NCBI GenBank assembly: GCA_964016885.1
Contig: OZ024740.1
Location: 389,236,001 to 389,300,000, forward strand
Origin: Eledone cirrhosa
Taxonomy: Eukaryota
Reading direction: 5' to 3'
DNA: 64,000 nt
Positions 12,928 to 25,448 of this stretch are shown here, piece after piece; the stretch's first letter is position 1; every line of letters starts with the position of its first letter. A program made the position numbers and the translations under genes. Under the pieces are notes generated by a model. That model made no database searches and had not been told where the DNA came from. It was given only the letters and a program-made list of their open reading frames with translations.

Positions 12928-13125
12928 AGGCAGTGGATGGATTGACAGAGTCGTTAGAGCGTCGGACAAATGTGTAGCCGTATTTGTTCCAGCCTCTTTG
13001 CATTCCTAGTTCAAATCCAGCTGAGGTCAACTTCGCCTTTCACCTTTTTGAAGTCGATAAAATAAGGTAATAGTCAAGTACTGGGGTTGATTAAATCAAA
13101 TTCGTCCTTCCTCCAAATTATTATG
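12928..13125 (+). mobile_element. tRNA-derived SINE (tandem second copy)
   Basis: A-box-like tggattgacagagtcgttagagc, B-box agttcaaatcc, same central domain. Confidence 0.75.
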
Positions 13126-13154
13126 ACTGCATCAATGTTAACAGCCGCAACGCA

Positions 13155-13440
13155 TGTTTTTGACTATAAAAATTTGTCTAAGCTGGGCATAAAAGCCGCT
13201 GGGCGGGAAAAATCGTAACATGGTCGACAATTCTAAAAATAAATTGTTCATTTATCCTGGCTGAATGATATAGCTTAAATTAACGGAGAAAAAGCGTCAG
13301 TGTCACTTTTGGTTTGCAAGTAACATAGTTGCATGATATACGGCAGGTGTGGTTTCGATTCCCATGGAAACACTGCCCACTTTTCATCGTCTTGGGGTTT
13401 TTATGCCCAACTTAGACTAATCCTCATCGTCAAAAATAGT
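13155..13440. mobile_element. MITE with ~50-bp imperfect TIRs
   Basis: tttttgactataaaaatttgtctaagctgggcataaaa vs ttttatgcccaacttagactaatcctcatcgtcaaaaa. Confidence 0.6.
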
Positions 13441-13459
13441 AGCTCTTAACTTTTTCTTC

Positions 13460-13815
13460 TTTGCCCACTTATTCCTGGGAAATTCGTGAGGGCAGAGTCC
13501 TCAAGCTCGCCTTCCAGCGGATCCTGTCAAAAGCAACCGTCTCCCATTCATCCGGCTAGATCCCTAAGCGAGATCAGCCGAGTTCATGGATGTTATCTTA
13601 TCATCTTGCTCGGGGTCTATCCCTGAGTCTCCTGCCGGTTGGCTTTGTCTGTAGAATCTGTTCAGCGATTCTTTCTTAGACATTCTGACCACATGTCCGT
13701 AATATCGGAGTCGTAGCGGCTCTATCTGAATTGATTCCCTGATCTCAGAGCTACGCATTCTATCGAATAACGTTTCTCCAAAGACTCTTCGGGGAAACAC
13801 CATTTCGGTCGCTTC
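13460..13815 (-). pseudogene. LINE (RTE-like) RT C-terminal/3' fragment
   Basis: RRVFGETLFDRMRSSEIRE...RLRYYGHVVRM, the typical post-RT C-terminus. Confidence 0.75.
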
Positions 13816-14279
13816 TAAAAATAGACTGTATATAACCCTACTCCTTGTATATAATATATTGGTTGCTTCATGGTTCTAACGAGGGGCTATTTTAGCATTC
13901 CTCTCAACCTGCCTGGTTCTATCCACTGATCGTTAACGAACGCATAGGGAGTTCATTGTATCATCTTCACCTTCAAGGCGGATGGTTTATATCGTATATG
14001 GTCCATAAGACGTGCCTATTAAAGAGAGCTAACGTCTTAACTTTGCCATTTATTTATCTAATAATGGTAATTGACATTGTTTCTCCCAATTCGAAAAAGA
14101 TCTGTCTAGGCTCTATGGATTGTGGTTTATCATTCTAATGTAATTTAAGGACGCCTACTAACCCTTTTCTTATGTCTTGTTTTATGTCTATGCAGGATAT
14201 TAAATATGTTGTCTCTATAATATTATCTTTTCGCAACAATTTTTCAAGGAGCGATTATTGAGCAACAAGTCAATTGGCA

Positions 14280-14388
14280 ATAGTTCAAATCCCGCCGAGG
14301 TTAACTTTGCCTTTCATCCTTACGGGGTCGATAAAATAAAGTACCAGTAATTGCTGGCCTTGTGCCTAAAGTAGAAACAATTATTATG
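14280..14388 (+). mobile_element. SINE fragment (other fragments ~10145-10195 minus, 16120-16195 minus, 16655-16775 plus, 17035-17140 plus)
   Basis: agttcaaatcccgccgaggttaactttgcctttcatccttacggggtcgataaaataaagtacca. Confidence 0.8.
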
Positions 14389-14390
14389 TA

Positions 14391-14490
14391 CTATACCATC
14401 CGTGACCCGTTGGGTCACGTTCACTTAAAAATAATTTTTAAATAATTAAAATATACACGGACATGTATATAATGTAAAATGAAATTGGAA

Positions 14491-14560
<70 letters not shown>

Positions 14561-15320
14561 TATACACACCTAACCCTTCCTATTTTAAGTCATACATATG
14601 ACTTAATGTTCAGTCAACAAATTCGAACTAGATACAGTAATGCTGTATTCGATTCTCTGCAGTTACATGTTATAATTTCATTCAACAACACCACCAGCGC
14701 TCTCTCTCTCTCTCTCTTTTTCATTTTCTTTCTCTGTCTCTTTCTCTCTCCCTCTCTCTCTATGGCTCCTTTCAATCTACTCTCTCACAACCACTATCTC
14801 TTTCTCTCTATCTTTCTCTCTCTCTATTTATGAAAGTACCCAGAAAACCCCATATCTCGGGAACCCGTTTTCCGATTTACGCGAAACTTGTTTTATTCCA
14901 TTTGTATTCCCATTTCAGGGTCAACTTCCTTTCAAAGTATTTTCCCAGTACGCGCCCTTTTGACTGTATTACATTACAGGCAAGCAAGCAAGCAATCACA
15001 GACTTTTAGTAAAATACTAGACCACCTGTGACCCGTTGTGTCACGTTCACTTCAAAATATTTTTTTTAAATCACGTTCACTTAAAAATGATTTTTAAATA
15101 ATTAAAATATACACAGACATGTATATGTGAAATGAAACTGGAAGGCCCATATATATATACGTGTGTGTATACAAATATATAAATGTTTGTGTGTATGTAT
15201 ATATATATGGGCGTCTGTGATCTATATACACTGGTCATAGATACACACACAGATATATATATATATACACACACAACACCACCAGCTCTCTCTTCCATTC
15301 TCCTCTCTCTCTCTCTGTAT
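14391..15320 (-). mobile_element. Two head-to-tail Helitron A copies (14391-15016; 15017-~15320, 3' part only)
   Basis: Two 3' termini (cta(g/t)acca.c.gtgacccgttg.gtcacgttcactt) at 14391 and 15017. 14830-15013 is the reverse complement of 6128-6310. Confidence 0.8.
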
Positions 15321-15337
15321 ATATATATATACAATAA

Positions 15338-15396
<59 letters not shown>

Positions 15397-15397
<1 letters not shown>

Positions 15398-15810
15398 GTT
15401 AACCTTGGTTTCCTCTTCCAGTATGTCCATGTAGGGGCTCCCACAGGAGCACTGAGTGCAATGTCAACTCTGAATGTCGGTGAGCATGTCCAGCTAATCT
15501 CAGTCTCCTCTGTGTCACTTTTGAGCTGACTTTTGGGAGGCTCCCATACAGCTCTGAGTTTTTCATCCTCAGTGTATACTGATTAATGTTCAGAGCCATC
15601 CTCAGCATTCTCGTGTAGCAACCATCCACCATCTGAGTGAGTTTCTTGGTCAGTGTCCAAGTCTCAGACCCGTACAGCAGCACAGACTCCACTACAGCAA
15701 TGAAGGACAGGCACTGGTCTGTTGGAGACGCAGGACATGGCAGCGATAATGGTGGACAGAGACCGCTGAAGAGAACTCGTCCATGGATCTCGGGAATTTT
15801 ACCCGCCCTA
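15397..15810 (-). pseudogene. LINE RT C-terminal fragment between (TA)n tracts
   Basis: VESVLLYGSETWTLTK...YTRMLRMALNI...[12 protein letters not shown]. Confidence 0.85.
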
Positions 15811-15822
15811 GATATATATATA

Positions 15823-15870
<48 letters not shown>

Positions 15871-16010
15871 TTACAAATAGAAATGACTTCTATATGAATA
15901 CTTCTGTTTCATTCGGTTGAGGAACGACGTAGTACTAATCGTATAGAAATCATTTCTATTGGGAATAAATTTTGTATTCTTTCTATTTGATGTATTGAGG
16001 AGTACTTTAA

Positions 16011-16266
16011 CCCTCTAGTATTTAAACCGGTCAGGTACAGCCAAAATTCTCTCACCTCTTTCTGTTCAAACCAGCCATAACTGCCCACTCACACTGACAT
16101 TAAGGTGTTCTCAAAATAAATAATTGTTTCTACTTTTGGCACAAGGCCAGCAATTACCCTAGTGTATTACTGGTACTTTATTTTATCGACCCAGTGAGAT
16201 AATATTGTGAGGTAAAGGCTTTACCATGAAAATATAATAGTATAGAGTAATGCAAATGCTAAAGGG
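16011..16266. mobile_element. piggyBac-type MITE containing a SINE fragment
   Basis: TTAA|CCCTCTAGTATTT ... AAATGCTAAAGGG|TTAA: TTAA TSD and 13-bp TIR. Confidence 0.85.
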
Positions 16267-17679
16267 TTAATTAACTGTGGTTTCTAGTAGTAATACAACT
16301 ATCATGTCTCAACAAGTCAATATTTCATGTGACGAATTAGAGCATGAACCTGGCGGCATTTATATACTAACTATGTCAACTTGAACGAAAAACGTTATAA
16401 TTTGAATACATTACGTTTCAAAGTTATTATAGGCTAGCGAAATTAGGAAAACATTTCCTAGGAGAAAATTACCAATAATAAGTTTAATTAACTAGTGTAA
16501 ACACTAGAAACATAAAAATATATTAATATTATTAAATATAAATATTATGCATCACTAATATTTATGATTAAAGCAACTAAGCGCCCTGGACTAGAGAATA
16601 TTTGCTCGAAAAAATCCTAATGAAAATTCAAAATTCATGAATGTAGGCCTGTACCTAGGTGGTGAATTGGTATTCGTTCTGGCTCTATGCTCTCTGAGTT
16701 CAAATCCCACCGAGGTCAGCTTTGCCTTTTATCCTTTCGAGGTCGACAAAAAAAGTACCAGTCTAGTACAGGGGATGATTCTTCCTCTGTCTGGAAGAAA
16801 TCTGCTGTACTCAGGACTGGAGAGGAATGGGCTTCGCTAGGCTTAAAAGGCCCAAGAAACGCCGTATGTCAATACAGCACCCCTACGACTGTATCAAGAG
16901 TTACGGGATCATACCTGGTCTGTATCTAGAACGACGCTAGGATTTCCAGCCTCAATCCATACAGACCTCTAAAACAAAGATTGATACTCAAAGAAAAAGA
17001 AATGTATTTGATAACAATTACAATATTTTATGTCGGTGTTTCTTTTCGCTCTCTGTGCTCTCAGTTCAAATCTCGCTGAAGCCAACTTTGCCTTTAGTTT
17101 TTCGAGGTTGATAAATAAAGTACCAATCAAGTACTGGGGTGAATTCTTCCTCTATATCACTTTCTTAATTCCAATACTCGTCCATCATTTAGCCATAATA
17201 AAGGATATTCAAACTCTACTTCGATATTGAAAACCCATTCTCAAGTCCGTCAATCATATGGATATATATATATGTACTTGTCTTATAAGTTGTTGATTAA
17301 ACAGGGTTGTAGACATAACACTTCAATCAGTAAACGATGGTGCAAATAGGATCTAGCACTCAACGTCCTGTGTGTCGTTCCAAATACGATTTGGTAATCT
17401 ATGGCGGAGTATACGTACAATAATAATATTTACAAAGGCCAGATGTTGAGATTCAAAGTTCATTTTATTCATAAGCTGCCGTAATAGATATTTCTGTGGC
17501 GTTAATGATTACGTAATCCTGTCATCACGCAACCACAAACACGACTTGACCAGACACTATCTTAAGTAATTTAATGCAGTGAGTCCTCATTCAATGAAAT
17601 TTGACTTTGATCCATTATTAACAGAAAAAGTTAAAATATTTAGATAAATAATAGTGAGATAGGAAGTTGCAAGCAAAAC

Positions 17680-18492
17680 ATGCCACCGAAGAATAAACCT
17701 TCATTTGGCAGAAGGTCTGATACAGCTATGGCAAAGTGAAGAGCAGCAGACAATAAATACTCGAAAAACAATGAAAAACAACAGCAAAATATAGGCGAAA
17801 TGAATCAGAAGAAACTGAAGTTCAAACAAGTCAAAGGCTATGGGAACAGAAACCAAGAAAGAAAGATTTACGATTTTAAAATGGCTGCCGAGTGGAAGTT
17901 TGCTGCTTTTAGTTACAATCCACATTAAGACTATGCCTCAGAACTTTTAATTCGAATTTCCTCAATGAACAAAATTTGTCTAAATTGTGGTGCTAAAAAT
18001 GGAATAGTGAGTCAATAGGATTGTGCTGTTTAAATCGAAATATTAAGTTTAAACTATTACCTGAACCGCCAGAACACTTGAGGGGACTGCTGATTAGTAC
18101 AATTACTGAATCAAGACATTTTCTTCAAAATAGCCGGAAGTACAATAATCATTTCAAATGACATCATTTGGTGCAAATGTCACACATGAAGGTGGCTTTA
18201 AACCTACTTTGAAGATCCAAGGGCAAGTGAAACATACAATTGGACCACTTCAGCCACTTTCAGAAGAAGAACCAAAATATTTACAACTGTCTTTCATCAG
18301 TGATATGAAAACCGAAGCACAGTCAAGATATGAAAGGAGTAAAGAAACAAAGAATGAAATCATATTGCAACTACAAGAAATGTTAAATACAAGAAACAGC
18401 TATATTAGAAGATTCAAATATACCATAGAAAAGATTTTGAATGAAATTTAATTATTTTCTTTAAGTCGAGCAACGCGGGGTACGTCTACTAG
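17680..18492 (+). mobile_element. Internally deleted Helitron: RepHel N-terminal pseudo-ORF fused to the 3' terminus
   Basis: CC..PEPPEHL..LL..SRHFLQNSRKYN..MTSFGA..GGFKPTLKIQGQVKHTIGPLQP..EPKYLQL is the Helitron RepHel N-terminal region. Ends cgagcaacgcgggg...CTAG|T. True 5' end lies upstream and was not located. Confidence 0.85.
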
Positions 18493-18577
<85 letters not shown>

Positions 18578-18600
18578 GAGAGTCGGGCCCGACGGCTGAG

Positions 18601-18689
18601 CTTAAACAAGTAAGACCATTATTCAGCAGAGTTCTCTATTATCCCAAGTATCTAGTACACTGGTGAATAATGGTCTTACTTGCTTAAAA
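18601..18689. repeat. Short inverted repeat between (TG)n and TA tracts
   Basis: aagtaagaccattattca / tgaataatggtcttactt. Confidence 0.75.
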
Positions 18690-18731
18690 CTGGTAAAATC
18701 GTGATATATATATACAGTATACATATATATA

Positions 18732-19972
18732 TAGTGTGAAAACTTGAACGGGAACAAAAACAGAGAGGCAGTACAAATAAAAGTTTATTAGGTTCACGCT
18801 CTTGAGAGTGGGGGAGGGAACGACGTTAAAAGTTTATTAGGTTCACGCTCTTGAGAGTGGGGGAGGGAACGACGTTTCGGGCATAAGCCCTTCATCAGGA
18901 GAAAAGTGGGTAGGAAGAGAGTCCCGAGGGTGTGTGGGTGAATGGTGGAGAGACATTTAGAAAAAGGGGGGAAGGGAGGAAAAACGGTGGAAGGGGTAAA
19001 AATTAAAATAAACAAAGATAAACAAGTGGTGGAAGGGTGTGAGGCGTGTAAGGGTGGTGGCGGGTGGGGTAGGGAGAGGGAGGAGGGGGGTCTGAGCGGG
19101 GAGGGCTGAAGATGGTGTTTGTGTATGTGTGTAGGTGTACGTGTGTGTATGTGAATGTGAGAGTTGGGGGAAGAACGAGGTTCCATGTTCAAGAAAAGGT
19201 GTGTGCGGGGGTGGGGTGTAGGTTGGTGTGTGCGTGCGTGTGGGTGGGGAGGGGTCAGAGGGGGGATTCTGGAGGCTGAGTGTGTATATGTGGGGGTACG
19301 CACGTGTGTGTTGGTGTTTATTCGTGGGTGGCGTGGTTCGAAAAAAAATTGTGAGTGTATGTCCGTGGGTAAGTTCCTAAGGTAGTTCCGTGGAGTGTGC
19401 GATGAGTTGCCGGATATTTTTCATGTTATGGAGTGGATAGCTGGAACGATGACCGGTGGTGTGAAATACGTTGGTTGTGGTGGTCGGAAGTAGAGAGATG
19501 TGGGGTGCGCACGCAACAGGAAGTGGTCAGAGGGTCAAGGCAGAGTGAAGTGATAGCAGTAGAGGAGAATGACAGGTGGAGAAATGATCAGTGTGTGGTG
19601 AGGAGTGTGTCTGTGTGTGCGGAGGTGCGGTGGACAGGGGAGAGGATTGGGAGGTGTGAAAGGTGGAGGGGGAGGTGGTTATGTGGGGGGATGCGGTGTG
19701 TTAGTATTGTTAGTTGTGGGGTGAGCCAAGGGGGGGGTGAAAAGGAGGAGTGTGTTTATTGGTGTTAGTGAGGGATGTGTGGGGGGAGGGCGGCCGAAGG
19801 CTAAAGGAATAGGGGTGGGGAGTTCAGGCCGGGGGGGGTGTTGGTCTGTAGGGTGAAGATGGTGCGTTGTTCAGCCGTGAGGCGAGTGGCGGGTGTTCCG
19901 TGACATTGGAGTAGGCCACAGACTGTGAGGTAGTGGACGGAATGTCCGGGGGAGCCAAAGTGGCGGGCATAT
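18732..19972 (-). mobile_element. 5'-truncated Penelope-like element (family 3): GIY-YIG C-terminus plus C-rich pseudo-LTR
   Basis: 19801-19970 encodes ARHFGSPGHS..LTVCGLLQC..RLTAEQRTIFTLQTNTPPGLN, a typical PLE endonuclease C-terminus. Minimal hammerhead near the 3' end. ~48-bp tandem duplication at 18781-18876. Confidence 0.85.
18871..18898 (-). ncRNA. Minimal hammerhead motif
   Basis: Minus strand CTGATGA-A-GGGC-TTAT-GCCC-GAAAC-GTC. Stem I pairing is weak. Confidence 0.6.
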
Positions 19973-20044
19973 ATAAGGACTATTTTTATCATATGTAACC
20001 CATGTGCAACCACGCAGTATTCAATTCTTCTCATGTTTTATATA

Positions 20045-20115
<71 letters not shown>

Positions 20116-20118
<3 letters not shown>

Positions 20119-20315
20119 GAAAGTGAACAACACAAAATATAATTACTCCATTACCAAAGGTTTCTGGATCCCAGACGTATATTAATATTGTCTGTGATCC
20201 AGAAATCTTTGGTAAAGGAGTAGTTATATTTTGTATTGTTCACTTTTTAATTAAATAGCTCTGTTCTATACATAGAGCACTCTTTTTTCCTTTGCTTTAC
20301 CTGCGAAATTACCTA

Positions 20316-20316
<1 letters not shown>
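20116..20316. mobile_element. Fold-back mini-element in (TA)n (palindrome 20116-20250 plus tail)
   Basis: ~65-bp arms. They contain GAAACCTTTGGTA, resembling the 3' half of a hammerhead truncated at the fold. Confidence 0.7.
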
Positions 20317-20361
<45 letters not shown>

Positions 20362-20682
20362 TATAAAGTATGTCCATAGAAACATTTGATAATATATATA
20401 TACACCATTTCCTCTCCCAATTAGCATAATTAACCACACAAAAAATCAATTAAACCAGGCTATAAGATTAAAAGGCACCTATGAAGAAATAGTAGATAAA
20501 TAAACGACACCAATTTATTCGCGATCAACCGCTATAGAATATTTACCCAACATTTCAATAGCACGTGGAAATCGATTAAATATACCTTCAACCATAGACA
20601 ATTAGGTATAAAATTAAAGTTAGGAGAAAAAATGCATATACACATGCCAGGATTACGTTTCAATGTCTTAACGACTCTTAAT

Positions 20683-20737
<55 letters not shown>

Positions 20738-20741
<4 letters not shown>

Positions 20742-21112
20742 GAGGTTATATTTAATTTGTTGGGATTCAACAAGCTTAAACATTTTTATAACTGATATAA
20801 AGCACTCAACAGATTAGTGGAGTAAATATACAATACAATATATTAACAAATGGAAACTATATTTATAAAACCATATTTATTTTATTATACATATTTATAA
20901 GGCCACCAAGGCAAATTATGGTGCGCTTTCATCAGATAAAATACAATACAGATTTGTTTTATAAATAAATATTGACATACCATGAAAAAAGACAACCTTA
21001 ACGGTTGGAGCTTCCTGTATTATATTTTGTCTGATGGCCCTTGAAATATGTATAATAAAATAAATATGGTTTTATAAATATAGTTTCCATTTGTTAATAT
21101 ATTGTATGGTAT
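20738..21112. mobile_element. Diverged solo inverted pseudo-LTR pair of the Naiad-like family
   Basis: 20738-20990 is similar to 27872-28120. 21020-21110 is its reverse complement with a hammerhead lacking stem II (ctgatggcccttgaaatatgtata). Confidence 0.8.
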
Positions 21113-21120
21113 ATATATAT

Positions 21121-21319
21121 AGTAATAATAATAAATTTGAAGACTAAAATCCAAAGGATAAATATATATCAAATATATAAGAACCCTAGAGCAAATATTT
21201 ATTAAAATAACAGATTAAAGATTAAGCAAAGAATCGTTGCTTTCACCCACAACGGGATCTTCTGAGTTTCAGAAGGTCCCGTGAAAGCAGCGATTCTTTG
21301 CTTAAACTTTAATCTGTTA

Positions 21320-21327
<8 letters not shown>
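21121..21327. mobile_element. Fold-back mini-element abutting (TA)n (palindrome 21200-21327)
   Basis: tattaaaataacagattaaag.ttaagcaaagaatcg.tgctttcac mirrored around cttctga-gtt-tcagaag. Confidence 0.75.
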
Positions 21328-21391
<64 letters not shown>

Positions 21392-21392
21392 A

Positions 21393-21448
<56 letters not shown>

Positions 21449-21449
21449 A

Positions 21450-21493
<44 letters not shown>

Positions 21494-21783
21494 AATATAT
21501 AATATATATATATATATATATATAAATATATAATATATATATATATATATATATAAATATATATATGTATGAATATATAATATATATATATATATAAATA
21601 TTTATATGTATGTATATATAATATATATATATAAATATATATATGTATGTATATATAATATATATATATAAATATATATGTATGTATATATAATATATAT
21701 ATATATATATATAAATATATATATGTATATGTATATATAATATATATATATATATATAAATATATATATGTATGTATATATAA

Positions 21784-21832
<49 letters not shown>

Positions 21833-21882
21833 TAGCGAGGTTTTTTATATGAAATCGTGTGTCGAAACAGATATTGTTATAC

Positions 21883-22197
21883 TAAGTTTTTACCGGTTGC
21901 GCATTTCTAAATGCTTTTCAAAAATAATTTTGAGATAGAGTGTCCGTGCTGTTTGCTCTGATCTGAGCAAACAGCACGGACACTCTATCTCAAAATTATT
22001 TTTGAAAAGCATTTAGAAATGCACAACCGGTAAAAACTTAAAAACTTAAAATCACAACTGAATACTAACCCATACAATCACTAATACTCTTTTATTCCTA
22101 ATTAAACCATTTTTCAACTGTGAACAATTTGTCAGCATTTTCTATTCCGTTTACCAATATATAATAACTTGTGTGTTACACCTCTATTCTTTTAACT
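21883..22197. mobile_element. Near-perfect 158-bp palindrome (21883-22040) plus right extension; U3:A8 hammerhead-like motif in both arms
   Basis: Centre gctc-tgatct-gagc. Arms read TTGAAAA-GCAT-ttagaa-ATGC-(G/A)CAA-CCGG-TA. Repeated at 36765-37070. Confidence 0.85.
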
Positions 22198-22228
22198 ATA
22201 TATATATATATATATAAATATATATATG

Positions 22229-22305
<77 letters not shown>

Positions 22306-23085
22306 TATATATGTATGTATATATATATATAATATATATATATATATAAATATATATTTCGTTTCTGAATTTGTTTAGCAAGATTCTTTATCTGAAATCG
22401 TGTGTTGAAACCGATATTGTTATACTTTGGGAGGGTCATGTTGCCAATAAGAAACACACGCACCAGTTGCTTTCACTTCAATTTATTATAATAAATTTAT
22501 AATAAATTTATAAGTTTATAAATATATAAATTTATAAATTTCTGGTTGGTTAGTTGGTTCCACAACCAGATAGTTGTTTATATATTGTCATAGTTCTTTC
22601 GTCACACACTCTGTGACCTCTTCAGTGACTGGGGATTCCTTTCTTTGTTTTTGTGCCTCTCTTTTGTTCTGTCCTACGCCATTTTGTTTCTGTGTGTGTG
22701 TTGTGTGCTCAGTCTGCGCATGCGCCACATCCGGGTGCCTGTGTGTGTTTATGTTCATGTATTTATTTGTTTATTTACATGTTACTGGTTGGTTGTTTGT
22801 TCTATGTGTGTGTGTGTATTCATTTTGTCCTTCATTATAAGTTGTGACGTTGCTGTTCCACTCATATTTTCTATTTAATTTTGGTTGTAATTCTTTTATG
22901 TTTATTGCCTCTGTGATTTGTCTAAACATTGCCTCTTTTCTGTGTGTAGATTCTATTTTTATTTCTATGTTCTCTAATTTACCCTTGTGTTCTATTTTAG
23001 CATGTTGGTAGAGTACAGATGATTCTTTACTATCTTGAAGGTCTCGCCAGTTGCTGGGCCTCCATTCTATTATGCTTCTTGCTAT

Positions 23086-24985
23086 ACTATTATGAACAAA
23101 CAGAAGCACAATTTAATATAGCTAGATCCGAACTTAGAAATATTATAGAACATTATAGCAAGAAACATAATAGAATGGAGGCCCAGCAACTGGGAAAAAA
23201 ATCTGCAAATGGCTTGCGTAATCTCATGCAGCGCTCGCGTAATGAAGAGATAGCATGCTTTCCAACAGACAAGTCTGGCAGAATGTCGGTTGACAGCCTG
23301 CCAAACTACATCCAGGCAATGCAACCCCACATCACCAACACAAGAGAGGTAACACCACAGGAGCATGAGGATAGAGAAAAAGCCCTCAATGCCCATATGG
23401 TGATGTGGACAAATATAATGCAGCCCAACAAAAGGACTGCCAACAACTTCCAGGCCTGGAACAATGACGTGCCGGCGTTGTATGGGCTTCGAAAAGACCA
23501 TAAAACGGGCAGTGACCCTGTCGCGGGACCACCAACACGGCCAGTCTGTGGAGCTAACATTGCTAGTAACTACAGACTGTCCTACTTCCTCTCCTTGATC
23601 ATACGCCCCTTCATTGAAATGTCCCCAGATGTATGTGACAGCACGGAGGACCTCCTCGGCAGGATCGGCGTGAGTAACCGATCTAGGGACCTAACAAACT
23701 GCATAATAGGTAGTATGGATGTTGTGTCCCTGTATCCATCTATTGACGTGTATTTTGCTGTGGATAAATGCGTAGAAATGATCAGTGAGAGCAATGTTGA
23801 GTTCCGTGGGATTGATACCAGTGAGCTGGGACTCCTACTTAAACTTACCTATAGTAATAATTACCTAGACACATATGACCTTAGCAACCTGTGCCCTACA
23901 AGACCAGCAAGAGGCAGACCACCTACCATTACCTCAATGGCCAAGAAAACCCACACAGATAGATGGAACGGGTGGACCAGAGCATTAGAGTTACTATAGA
24001 CTACCCAAGTAAACACCCCAACCACCGATTGCCTGTACTAGACACAGAGCTCTGGTTAGATACCATTAATAACAAAAAACAAATCCTCCATTCCCATTAT
24101 GCCAAACCCATGACTTCCAAACATCTGATCCACCGAAACTCGGCCGTTTCGGACCATACCAAAATCAACATACTGATTGCGGATTTGGTATGGGTGATGA
24201 GAAACGTGTCCCGCATGTGCAACCCCGAAGAACTAGAGAGACACATACAACACTTCATCCACCGTATGCAGTTCTCTGGCTACAATCAGAGAGATAAAAT
24301 CAGAGTATATAGAGGAGCCAGAACCAAATGGGAAAAAATGGTACATAATGACATAAATGGGACCTGCCCCTTGTATAGGAGCAAATTTTGGAATAGAATA
24401 GAAAGAACTAGGAACAAGACTAATAGAATAAACTCATGGTATGATAGCAATAAATACCAGAGTGTAATGTTCATCGATACAACCCCTAGATGTGAATTAG
24501 CTTACAAATTTAGAAGGGCCCTAGATAAACATAAACTCAATATTAAGATAGTAGAAAGACCAGGTACCTCCGTAAAAACACTTATTAGCAAGACATACCC
24601 TTTTCAAAGACCCTCATGTATAGATAAGAAATGTATAACCTGTAAAATAAGCCCCCATATTAACTGTAAAACTAGAAATGTAGTGTATAGCATAAGATGT
24701 ACCGAAGGACAATGTAGAGACAAAAATATAGTGTACATAGGTGAGACAGCTCGTAGTGTAGGGGAACGGATAAATGAACACTGGCGAGACCTTCAAGATA
24801 GTAAAGAATCATCTGTACTCTATCAACATACTAAAATAGAACACAAGGGTAAATTAGAGAACATAGAAATAAAAATAGAATCTACACACAGAAAAGACGC
24901 AATGTTTAGACAAATCACAGAGGCAATAAACATAAAAGAATTACAACCAAAATTAAATAGAAATATGAGTGGAACAGCAACATCA
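23086..24985 (+). pseudogene. PLE RT-GIY-YIG ORF with the RT catalytic core deleted
   Basis: ORFs 23019-23999 and 23963-25048 join by a frameshifting deletion near 23965. No GxxMG or YxDD motif is present. Confidence 0.85.
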
Positions 24986-25200
24986 CAACTTATAATGAAG
25001 GACAAAATGAATACACAGACACACATAGAACAAACAACCAACCAGTAACATGTAAATAAACAAATAAATAAATGAACATAAACACACACAGACACCCGGA
25101 TGTGGCGCATGCGCAGACTGAGCACACAACACACACACAGAAACAAAATGGCGTAGGACAGAACAAAGGAGAGGCACAAAAACAAAGAAAGGAATCCCCA

Positions 25201-25243
25201 GTCACTGAAGAGGTCACAGAGTGTATGACGAAAGAACTATGAC
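25201..25243 (+). ncRNA. Type I minimal hammerhead in PLE family 1 pseudo-LTR (also 22587-22629 minus, 37578-37620 minus, 40184-40226 plus, 53289-53331 minus)
   Basis: GTCA-CTGAAGA-G-GTCA..TGAC-GAAA-G-AA-C-TA-TGAC: stems I, II and III, CUA cleavage triplet. Confidence 0.85.
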
Positions 25244-25448
25244 AATATATAAACAACTATCTGGTTGTGGAACCAACTAACCAACCAGAAATTTATAAAT
25301 TTATAAATTTATAAATTTATTATAAATTTATTATAATAAATTGAAGTGAAAGCAACTGGTGCGTGTGTTTCTTATTGGCAACATGACCCTCCCAAAGTAT
25401 AACAATATAAATATATATATGTATATATAATATATATATATATATATA

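Larger units (their letters stand above)
22357..25408 (+). mobile_element. Penelope-like element family 1, copy A, with 5' inverted pseudo-LTR
   Basis: 22357-23085 is the reverse complement of the 3' end. ORF remnants PTDKSG, LYGLRKDHK, PTRPVC, GSMDVVSLYPSID, LPVLD, Cys-rich linker and GIY-YIG (NVVYSIRC..YIGETARSVGERINEH). (TA)n on both sides. Confidence 0.93.

Noticed and set aside
15865-15970. Small imperfect inverted repeat beside (TA)n as another ribozyme element
   Set aside because: The arms are short and diverged, with no convincing core motif.
20645-20685. Minus-strand GA-GTC..GAC..GAAAC-GTA motif
   Set aside because: The core and stem I are missing; too degenerate to call.
21228-21270. 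Functional hammerhead in the 21200 palindrome
   Set aside because: The core reads CAGAAGA and there is no valid A15.1-U16.1/NUH site; resemblance only.
22574-23794. Antisense and overlapping Cys/Val/Phe-rich ORFs in PLE and LINE copies
   Set aside because: They are shadow frames of transposon ORFs or low-complexity pLTR sequence.
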